Source: Candidatus Pacearchaeota archaeon (GTDB lineage Archaea > Nanobdellota > Nanobdellia > Pacearchaeales > GW2011-AR1). Taken from it: a stretch of DNA of 64,000 bases. Positions 1 to 7,181 of the stretch are shown piece after piece. The stretch spans positions 410 to 64,409 of the forward strand of contig JBBDJR010000006.1 of assembly GCA_040879785.1 (NCBI GenBank), written 5' to 3'. The notes beneath the pieces were generated by a model. That model did not search any database. It was given only the letters and a program-made list of their open reading frames with translations, and was not told where the DNA came from. Within the stretch, counting starts at the first letter, position 1; each line of letters begins with the position of its first letter. The position numbers were made by a program, and so were the translations under genes.

Positions 1-2839
1 CCCAACCTATCATATACCTATCTGCGTCATTCTCATCAAAATATATATTGCTGTCAGACGCATCAGCAGAACTTATCCGAATCGCCCCATACCCACTTGA
101 AGATTTAAAGTGAGCAACCTGATTCCCTCCAAGAACATCTAACTGATACCCAGGACTCGTCGTCCCAATCCCAACATTATCACTCGTCGAGTCGACGTGC
201 AGAACGTTCGTGTCGACCGTGAAGTTGTTAGCTCCAAGGTCCACGTTTCTCAACGCTCCGGTGTAAGGGACGTATGTGTCCGAGACGTTGCTCCCGCTGC
301 CGTCGTATAACGTTCCTCCGACGTGCAAGTCGCCCGTGAAGTTCCCGTCGCCGGCGACGTTAAGTAGGTTTTGGGGGGACGTCGTTCCGATGCCTACGTT
401 TCCTGTATTTTCCAAAAATAGAGATGTTCCTATTTCTCCGGATGAGTATTTTCCATAAAACTCTAACCCATCATATTCATTATCTGTTGAACTCGGTTTA
501 ATCTGCCAATAATCTCCTCTGTATCCTTCAATAACGAATCCTTCTGTATTATTAAAACTCCTAATTCCACCGTGCACATCTAACAGACCAGGACCCTGTC
601 CGATTCCAAAGGGGTCCGTCGTCCCGATGCCGACGTTGCCGTTGTTTGTTATTGTCATCTTAACTGACCCTGTCTCATACTCTCCTACATCAGTCGTCCC
701 AAATTGCAATCCTGCGTCTGCTGCACTGTGACCTGTACCATCCCTAAGATGGACTGAGCGAATCCATGCATTATATCCATTAACCGTACTGCTAACATCA
801 GCAGTACCAAACTCTATTGTAGAATAAACTTCTCCATAATCACTTGTTCCATCATCATTCGTCCCGACCCGAGAATCTGTAAATCGAACTTTGCCCGCAT
901 CTTTTGATGTCTCGAAAATATCCGAAGGACTCGTCGTTCCGATGCCGACGTTGCCCCCATCTTCAACCCATAATCCCAAATTACCTGCATCATCTTTTAG
1001 ACCTATCCCACTGCTATCCATTGCTTGAAGAGTATCATCAAATTTGAAAATTCCATCATTCATACCAAAACTTGCTCTCAGAGTACGTGCATCTGTTTCA
1101 TAAAAATCAATAAGGTGGTCTGAACCTAATTCTAATTGGCCATTACCTGATTGTTGCCTAATATACCCCCAGTCACTTGAATGTGCCGAAGCATCTTCAT
1201 ATTTCTCCCCAAAATAAATCCCTGTATAATCCGTATCATCAAACAAAACACTTGAAGCAGTAAAATCCAAATCCCCTGTCATCGTATCTCCGCTTTCATC
1301 AACATAAATATCCGAAATATCCGAACCACCCGAGCCATAGATTGTCCCGGTTACATTCAAATCTCCATCAACATTCGCATCTCCTCCAAGATACAAATCC
1401 CTCCATCTTAATGAAGAAGAACCAAGGTCAAAAGTATTATCAAAATCTTCTGCAGGTATTAAACTACCATTAATACTTAAAGTTGTAACCTCCAAGCTGG
1501 ATATATTATAAAAGAAACCCGTCTGTGCATAAATATCCCCTCCAATTATACTCAAACCATCATTCTGCCAACCATCATTAAAATCAAAATCTCCATAAAC
1601 AGACTTATTCAAAGGCATGAAAAAACTAGAATCATACCCATCAAGAGTATCAGAATCCTGAGCAGAGATATTAATACAATTTAAAGTATCACCAATCTGT
1701 TGAACAGCATGGCCCGCAGGACACGGGTCAGGATAGTCCGTAAGATTCGTCCAACCAAGAAGATTTGTTCCGTAATCAAGAGCGATACTATCTCCGGTAA
1801 TTGTTATTCCCGAGCCAGTATTAACAGACAAAACCCCTGCAAGAAACGAAAGAGCCGAGCCGGCAACAGAACTCGAAAGATTAACAGTATCAGTCCCGGC
1901 GTCCGTCGTCAAACCCCAACCCGGACTAACAACCAAAGGACTTCCATCCGCACCAGTCAAACCCGTCCCGGCAACAGAAGAAGCCAAATCAGGATTAGGA
2001 TAAGTCCCGGTCAACTGACCCCCTGCACTCTGCCCCTCATCAATATAATTATCTGAAAGGTATGTTGTATTCAAAGCAATATTATTCGCATTAACAATAA
2101 TCCCTGTCCCGGCACCAACATTCAAAGTAACATTCTCCGAAATCTGACCGCCATCAGTCAAACCAGAGCCGGCAATCACATAAGGATAATTATTAAGCTT
2201 ACTCCAATCAATATCCGCAGAAGCAGAAATGTCCTCATTCAAAATAGTCCCGTCGACAATATGAGTTGTATTCACAGAATCCGGAGCAATCTTCACATCA
2301 GTTACAGAACCGTTAGCCAGGTTTATTGTTCCTACAACACCCGTACCAAGCTCCAAAACATCATATGTTCCGGAAACATCTCCTCCAAAAATCGTCTCTG
2401 TATCCAAAACCTGATTACCATCCTGGAAAATAACATTCCCATAAATATTCGTAGTCGCATTAATATCCCCAATCACATTCAAGGTGTTTTGAGGCGTAAC
2501 GGTCCCAATCCCAACCAAATCACTATTCGAGTCAACAAATAAGACGTTCGTCCCGACCGTCAAATTCCCTCCAACATCAACATCTCCGGAAGCATCAATG
2601 TCCTGAACAAACAAACCCGTGATTCTATTAGCCAAACTTCCAAGGAAACCAAAAAATCCATCCTGAGCTTCAATATCTCCAGTAACTGTTAAATTCCCGG
2701 TATCTCCATGAATTCTCGTCAAATCATCTCCGGACTGATTCTGGAACACAAAATCCTCCTGTGCACTAACCAAAGGCACAAAAGCCAGGCTAAAAGCTAA
2801 GAAAATTGCAAATACTATAAATGTTAATCTAGTTTTCAT
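1..2839 (-). CDS. Large surface/adhesin-like protein, C-terminus beyond window edge, 5' end frame-disrupted
   Basis: The minus frame was hand-checked open at 1-60, 371-391, 1442-1500 and 2741-2800. It is absent from the ORF track because it runs off the edge. It encodes repeated GNVGIGTTSP / LNV.GD motifs and a GFF.FLG..NRITGLF.QDI.ASGDVDV block shared with 3253..5706. ATG 2839 reads MKTRLTL then TAG, and the signal-peptide core lies in another frame. Confidence 0.65.
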   Translation of the reverse strand, partial: MKTRLTFIVFAIFLAFSLAFVPLVSAQEDFVFQNQSGDDLTRIHGDTGNLTVTGDIEAQDGFFGFLGSLANRITGLFVQDIDASGDVDVGGNLTVGTNVLFVDSNSDLVGIGTVTPQNTLNVIGDINATTNIYGNVIFQDGNQVLDTETIFGGDVSGTYDVLELGTGVVGTINLANGSVTDVKIAPDSVNTTHIVDGTILNEDISASADIDWSKLNNYPYVIAGSGLTDGGQISENVTLNVGAGTGIIVNANNIALNTTYLSDNYIDEGQSAGGQLTGTYPNPDLASSVAGTGLTGADGSPLVVSPGWGLTTDAGTDTVNLSSSVAGSALSFLAGVLSVNTGSGITITGDSIALDYGTNLLGWTNLTDYPDPCPAGHAVQQIGDTLNCINISAQDSDTLDGYDSSFFMPLNKSVYGDFDFNDGWQNDGLSIIGGDIYAQTGFFYNISSLEVTTLSINGSLIPAEDFDNTFDLGSSSLRWRDLYLGGDANVDGDLNVTGTIYGSGGSDISDIYVDESGDTMTGDLDFTASSVLFDDTDYTGIYFGEKYEDASAHSSDWGYIRQQSGNGQLELGSDHLIDFYETDARTLRASFGMNDGIFKFDDTLQAMDSSGIGLKDDAGNLGLWVEDGGNVGIGTTSPSDIFETSKDAGKVRFTDSRVGTNDDGTSDYGEVYSTIEFGTADVSSTVNGYNAWIRSVHLRDGTGHSAADAGLQFGTTDVGEYETGSVKMTITNNGNVGIGTTDPFGIGQGPGLLDVHGGIRSFNNTEGFVIEGYRGDYWQIKPSSTDNEYDGLEFYGKYSSGEIGTSLFLENTGNVGIGTTSPQNLLNVAGDGNFTGDLHVGGTLYDGSGSNVSDTYVPYTGALRNVDLGANNFTVDTNVLHVDSTSDNVGIGTTSPGYQLDVLGGNQVAHFKSSSGYGAIRISSADASDSNIYFDENDADRYMIGW

Positions 2840-2856
2840 TTTCCACCTCCAAAATG

Positions 2857-2864
2857 TTTAAATA
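2857..2864. promoter_or_regulatory. A/T box TTTAAATA usable in both directions
   Basis: Lies about 25 nt from ATG 2839 on the minus strand and 30 nt from ATG 2887 on the plus strand. This matches the window-wide box-to-ATG spacing. Confidence 0.4.
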
Positions 2865-2886
2865 TTCTGAATCATTAGGCTCTTCT

Positions 2887-3093
2887 ATGGCTGAAACAGA
2901 CATTTCAATAAAAATAGATGTCCCCGAAGACTTAAAGCACGAATTTAGGTTAAACCTAGCTAAAGCAATTGAGGAAATGGTAAACCGTTTTGAGCTGTCA
3001 ATGGCAAAAGAAATCGTCTCAAAAAGTAAATTCACAGATAAAGATGCAGATGAGTTATCTGAAAAAATCAAACCATCAATGAGCAATGAATAA
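2887..3093 (+). CDS. Small antitoxin-like protein (alternative start 2854)
   Basis: MAETDISIKIDVPEDLKHEF...IVSKSKFTDKDADELSEKIK has K/E-rich composition typical of this proteome. The C-terminal SKSKFT.KDA.EL motif recalls small archaeal antitoxin-like proteins; this is from memory, not searched. A decayed PIN-like frame follows it. Confidence 0.45.
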   Translation: MAETDISIKIDVPEDLKHEFRLNLAKAIEEMVNRFELSMAKEIVSKSKFTDKDADELSEKIKPSMSNE

Positions 3094-3252
3094 AGAGGTT
3101 GATTAATTGAATTTTTAAGAGTTGTAATAGATTCTAACGGATTCTTTGATTTAGGAATTGCTGTTTCAACTAAACAAATATCATCCCAACTACCTAAAAT
3201 CTGATTCCTTACCTCATTCCCTTTTTCTATTCTAAACTCTTGTTTTCCCATA

Positions 3253-5706
3253 TTATCCATTCAACCTAAAGATAGTGTCCCCGTTCGCGTCCGTGAAAAT
3301 TCTTGTGTCTCCAACATACAAGTTATCCGTAACGTTCGCATCGCCTTCAACATTTAATTCGTTTTGAGGATTATTTGTTCCGATTCCGAGTCTCCCGGTG
3401 TCATTATCCCAAAAGAAATTAGCGTTATTCTGGGAAATCAAACCTCCAGGTCCTGAAAACAAAACAGAACCCTGAGTCAAAGCAGACAGAGTCAATTGCG
3501 AAAATGTAGGACTGCTCGTTGTGTTAATATCCTGAGGCAAAGAAAGAATCACTCCTCCACTGCCATCATCCGAAACAGAAATCTGATTCGCAGTCCCGTC
3601 AATCCAGGCAACAAGATTAGTATTCTCAACATCATTACTTGAATCCAAAGCCAAAAGCCTTGAAGCACTCAGACCGGGAATCCTTATTTTCCCCGAACTT
3701 TCATTAACAATAAAATTACCCGTAACATTCAAAGCGACCCCGTCCGAATTAGAGCCAGCAATAATCAAACCGCCCGTCATAGTGTCCCCCGCCTTCAAAA
3801 CATACTTGTCAGATAAATTCTCTCCAGACTCAACAAACGAATCCGCGAAAACAGTTCCGGTAACATTAGCATCTCCAATTACATTCAATTCGTGAGAAGG
3901 GTCAACAGTCCCTATTCCAACCACATTCCCATCAGAATCAACAAAAAGAGCATTAGTTCCGATTGTTAAATTTCCATCTACATCAGCACTCCCGGAAACA
4001 CTCGCGTCACCCGAAACACCCAAATCCGTTCCAACATCCAACCTACCAGTAACATTAATATCTCCGTCAGCAAGAAGGTCATTAATATTCAAATTTCCTG
4101 AGATTGTCACCTCGCTTGCCCCCGCATCCTGACTTATTATCGAATCTCCAAGCTCATTCCCGGCAACCCATCTCGGAATAGTATTAAGGGTTCCGGAACC
4201 ATTAACAACATTCTCAGGGTCAACATCAATACAAGTCAAAGTATCGCCAATCTGCTGGACCGCCTGACCCGCAGGACACGCATTAGGATAATTCTGCAAG
4301 AAAGTCCAGTTTATAGGCCCCGAAAACTCTCCCGCATAAACAGTTTGAGTTCCATTTATATCTCCAACAACATTTAACTTATTCTGCGGAGTGACTGTTC
4401 CTATACCCACAAGATTACTATTAGTGTCTGCAAACAGAAGATTGGTTCCAACTGTTAGGTTCTGACCAATCTCAAAATTATTATTGAAAAGATAATCTCC
4501 TGAAACAGTATCTCCTCCTCTCAAAACATAAGTCTGATTTCCAACAGTTTGATTTATCCAATTTAAGTCATTGGTTATCTCACTTCCAAGAATATCCTCT
4601 ACATTCTCTTTGTTTCCCTCATTTGTTCTCCAGAAATTGGAGCTATTTACATCAAGATTTGCCTCATCAGTTATTAACAAATAACGAGTATCTCCTTCCG
4701 TGAAGTTTATCCATGCAAGATCATTTGAAATCCAGCTTCCAAGAAGATCCCCTACATTATCTAAATCACCTTCATCTGTCCTCCACCATTCAGACCTATT
4801 AACATTCAAATCCGGTTCATCAGTCAAAAGAACATATCTACCATCACCATCTGTGAAGTTTATCCAATTTAAGTCATTAACAAACCAACTACCCATTATT
4901 TCAGAAATATTCCTCAATGCACTTCTATCTCCAGTGTTCCAATAATCAGACATATTTACATGAAGATCTCCTTGTCCCTCAGAGATTCTAGAATCAATAG
5001 TACCATTCAAATTAGATTCATTAAAATCTAACTGAGTTCCGTTAAAATCCAAATATAATTGAGAATCAGGACCTACAATCCAGTTGAAAGCTCCAAAAAA
5101 CCAATTTGCAGAAACATTTCCCGTAACATCAACATCTCCAGAGGCATTAATATCCTGAATAAACAAACCTGTAATCCTATTACCTACCTCCCCTAAGAAA
5201 TCAAAAAATCCACTTGAAGCAGAAACATTAAAATCACCAAGAGTCAGATTAGAATCAATATCAATCTCACTCAAATTAACCTGCGTCGCTCTAAAAGAAT
5301 ACGGAACACGACCAAGCTGAGAAACATCTTTTAATTCTCCGTCCCTTGAATAACAAAGATAATACTGTTTATCAAAATTCAGAGCACTCAAATTTCCTCC
5401 GCCCGAACCAACAGTTGGGAGATATAGAGAAACAATTCCTCTGGTGTCCGTTGCCTGAGTTGAAGAATGATTGTAAACAGGATTCTCACAAACAGTTTGA
5501 TTAGAACTCTCAGTTACATTGAATGCAAAATTAAAAGTTCCTGTTACAATATCTCCTGTAGAATCTGTTGTCTGAATATTTATATGAAACGTGTCATTAA
5601 TTTGCGCAGACAATCCTGGAGCTAAAAAAACTAACAAAAACACAATAATAAATAATGTCTTACACTTCACTTGCGCGGGAAAGATATTTAACGACACTTC
5701 TGACAC
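3253..5706 (-). CDS. Secreted surface/adhesin-like protein, paralog of 1..2839
   Basis: 817-aa ORF with an N-terminal hydrophobic signal (KCKTLFIIVFLLVFLAPGLSAQ; an internal GTG at 5670 is a possible start). It has three (V/L)GIGT..P...LNV.GD.N.T motifs and many N-x-S/T sequons. Confidence 0.85.
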   Translation of the reverse strand: MSEVSLNIFPAQVKCKTLFIIVFLLVFLAPGLSAQINDTFHINIQTTDSTGDIVTGTFNFAFNVTESSNQTVCENPVYNHSSTQATDTRGIVSLYLPTVGSGGGNLSALNFDKQYYLCYSRDGELKDVSQLGRVPYSFRATQVNLSEIDIDSNLTLGDFNVSASSGFFDFLGEVGNRITGLFIQDINASGDVDVTGNVSANWFFGAFNWIVGPDSQLYLDFNGTQLDFNESNLNGTIDSRISEGQGDLHVNMSDYWNTGDRSALRNISEIMGSWFVNDLNWINFTDGDGRYVLLTDEPDLNVNRSEWWRTDEGDLDNVGDLLGSWISNDLAWINFTEGDTRYLLITDEANLDVNSSNFWRTNEGNKENVEDILGSEITNDLNWINQTVGNQTYVLRGGDTVSGDYLFNNNFEIGQNLTVGTNLLFADTNSNLVGIGTVTPQNKLNVVGDINGTQTVYAGEFSGPINWTFLQNYPNACPAGQAVQQIGDTLTCIDVDPENVVNGSGTLNTIPRWVAGNELGDSIISQDAGASEVTISGNLNINDLLADGDINVTGRLDVGTDLGVSGDASVSGSADVDGNLTIGTNALFVDSDGNVVGIGTVDPSHELNVIGDANVTGTVFADSFVESGENLSDKYVLKAGDTMTGGLIIAGSNSDGVALNVTGNFIVNESSGKIRIPGLSASRLLALDSSNDVENTNLVAWIDGTANQISVSDDGSGGVILSLPQDINTTSSPTFSQLTLSALTQGSVLFSGPGGLISQNNANFFWDNDTGRLGIGTNNPQNELNVEGDANVTDNLYVGDTRIFTDANGDTIFRLNG
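4510..4959 (-). repeat. Three tandem ~50-codon repeats inside the adhesin CDS
   Basis: Residues ~250-399 read W(R/N)T..G........(I/L)(M/L)GS(W/E)..NDL.WIN(F/Q)T.G...Y.L three times. Confidence 0.8.
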
Positions 5707-5747
5707 CTCTTTAAACTTGTAAATAATAGGATTTCTGATTTTATAAA

Positions 5748-5769
5748 GTTTACTTACACGTAAGTAAAC
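5748..5769. promoter_or_regulatory. Inverted repeat GTTTACTTAC-AC-GTAAGTAAAC next to a TTTATAAA box (5740-5747)
   Basis: Perfect 10-bp arms. The half-site TTTACTTACAC recurs at 5803-5813. It lies upstream of the 3253..5706 gene. Confidence 0.3.
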
Positions 5770-6298
5770 AGAGTTTTATCGTCGGTGACAAAAAAGAAGC
5801 TTTTTACTTACACTCAAAAAACGTACGGTAAAACCAATTTTGGGATAAAGAGGCAATATAAGGATAAATTAAAAGTAATTTTTATTCAGTATAAAATAAA
5901 TTATATTTGTTAAAGTATACTCAAAATAAAAAAGAAATATCTTTATTCTAACTAGAATAATTCCTTACATCTGGGCAAAATTCCATGGGTGCATGAAGGA
6001 ACCTAAACCCAAGAAAAGAGTCGCTACCATAACAAAAATTTAATTCCGTAAAATAAACAACCTGTAAAATTATAATTGTGTTCAGGATTTTGTCCGCTAT
6101 TAATACTATCAAAATTATTTTCAGCCCTTTGATTAACCATCGTTTTTTGTGTTAACATTTTATTGTTAGATACCCCGCCCTTTAGGGAAGAGCTGTTCAT
6201 TTAACTAAACAATTATTGGAGAAATAACTTCACTAAAAAATCTTATTAAATATAATTCTAAAATCTACCCAACACAAAAAAGAGATTTATTTAAAAAT

Positions 6299-6470
6299 TG
6301 AGCTTTTACTATGATTTCTTAAACAGGATATAGTTGCTCGCTCCGCTCGCAGATTTCCTAAACAATTAATATAATTAAATGAAAAACAAACGTGGATTAT
6401 AGTTAACGGGTTGGGAGGGTGGGATTTATTAAACACAAAAGACTAATTAAACAAATCCACACAAAAAAGA
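6299..6470 (+). repeat. Dispersed intergenic repeat, copy 1, with G-quadruplex motif
   Basis: Aligns by eye with 63028-63200. The two copies share the 17-mer TGCTCGCTCCGCTCGCA (6335-6351) and GGGTTGGGAGGGTGGG (6408-6423). Confidence 0.6.
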
Positions 6471-6475
6471 ACAAA

Positions 6476-6483
6476 TTTATAAA
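6476..6483 (+). promoter_or_regulatory. TATA box (TTTATAAA) for the tRNA-Ile leader transcript
   Basis: The consensus box lies ~28-35 nt upstream of the first leader module at 6511. Confidence 0.5.
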
Positions 6484-6510
6484 CATTATTCAGGTCTAAA
6501 AGTTTGTAAC

Positions 6511-6685
6511 GAGCCTGTAGCTCTAGTTTGGCTACACTTAGACGAACTAGTAGTGAAAGCAAATACAACAAGCCTGTAACTCTAAGCCGACCACGCTTGG
6601 GCGGTTTTGTAGTGTCAGGCGAACGAAGTGAGCCTGTAGCTCTTTCCTAAGTAACGTCTGGAAACGTAGCGAAGGCGAATAAAAC
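6511..6685 (+). repeat. Three tandem ~59-bp units, each starting with the first 13 nt of tRNA-Ile
   Basis: GAGCCTGTAGCTC occurs at 6511 and 6630, and AGCCTGTAACTC at 6571, each followed by 43-47 nt of GC-rich sequence. The fourth copy at 6686 is the real tRNA. Confidence 0.8.
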
Positions 6686-6836
6686 GAGCCTGTAGCTCAG
6701 TCTGGTCAGAGCGCTGGTCTTATAAGAATACAACCCGTAAGGATTGTAATCTCTTGGAAATCAAAATTTGTCCTGGTCGCAGGTGGTTTTCATCTAAGAG
6801 AGCCAGAGGTCCTCGGTTCAAATCCGGGCAGGCTCA
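6686..6836 (+). tRNA. tRNA-Ile (anticodon TAT) with 76-nt intron (6725-6800)
   Basis: Hand-folded: acceptor GAGCCTG/CAGGCTC, D arm GCTC..GAGC, anticodon stem CTGGT/GCCAG, loop CTTATA|A, T arm CTCGG-TTCAAAT-CCGGG, discriminator A. No CCA is encoded. Confidence 0.8.
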
Positions 6837-6891
6837 TAGGATTTGAATCTCGGTTTAGTGTGGATTTTTCTTTAGGGAAAAGACGCATTAG

Positions 6892-6940
6892 GCCAGAATC
6901 TCGTTAGAGATGTTCTGAGCCCAAATCCGGGCAGGCTCAT
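6892..6940 (+). pseudogene. Degenerate second copy of the tRNA-Ile 3' half
   Basis: GCCAGA...CAAATCCGGGCAGGCTCAT; the last 19 nt are identical to 6819-6837. The T stem is not foldable. Confidence 0.6.
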
Positions 6941-6977
6941 GATAATAAAAAGTTAGTAAAATAAAGCAACTAGAAAA

Positions 6978-7181
6978 ATGGTTAAGAAAAAACTCTATCG
7001 AAGCAAAAAGGAAAAAGTATTTGGCGGAGTGTGCGGAGGAATCGGAGAATTCTTTGATACAGACCCTACAATAATAAGACTCATCTGGGTTTTGGCAACA
7101 CTTCTAACAGGAATTTTTATGGGAATAATCACATACGCCATAGCATGGATAATAATTCCAGAAAAAGAAACAAAAAGATAA
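6978..7181 (+). CDS. PspC-domain membrane protein
   Basis: LYRSKKEKVFGGVCGGIGEFFDTDPTIIRLIWVL followed by a TM helix. Confidence 0.85.
   Translation: MVKKKLYRSKKEKVFGGVCGGIGEFFDTDPTIIRLIWVLATLLTGIFMGIITYAIAWIIIPEKETKR

Noticed and set aside
1700-2542. Plus-strand ORFs 1700..2056 and 2261..2542 (and 276..458)
   Set aside because: They are antisense shadows of the long minus-strand adhesin frame. Their Arg/Ser/Thr/Asn-rich composition shows no motifs.
2829-3260. 143-aa minus-strand ORF bridging the two adhesin genes with overlapping start and stop
   Set aside because: Its C-terminal two-thirds are S/L/F-rich, like the antisense of a K/E-rich gene. The plus-strand ORF 2887-3093 has native-like composition, a family-like motif and a promoter at the right distance. 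This call is not certain. The tight overlaps, and its frame continuity with the scrambled signal-peptide frame across a single TAG, are noted in the findings.
6100-6160. 45-codon minus-strand ORF (MLTQKTMVNQRAENNFDS...) in the long 5707-6298 spacer
   Set aside because: It has no promoter at the -29 position that I could find, it is short, and it has no recognisable motif. It is left unannotated.
6299-6470. Replication origin (ORB-like G-string)
   Set aside because: Each locus has only a single copy, with no inverted ORB pairs, no adjacent cdc6/orc1 and no extended AT-rich unwinding element defined by repeats.
6511-6700. CRISPR-like repeat-spacer appearance of the tRNA-Ile leader
   Set aside because: The conserved unit is only 13 nt and equals the tRNA 5' end. 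The 'spacers' are mutually related, there are only 3-4 units, and no cas genes are present.
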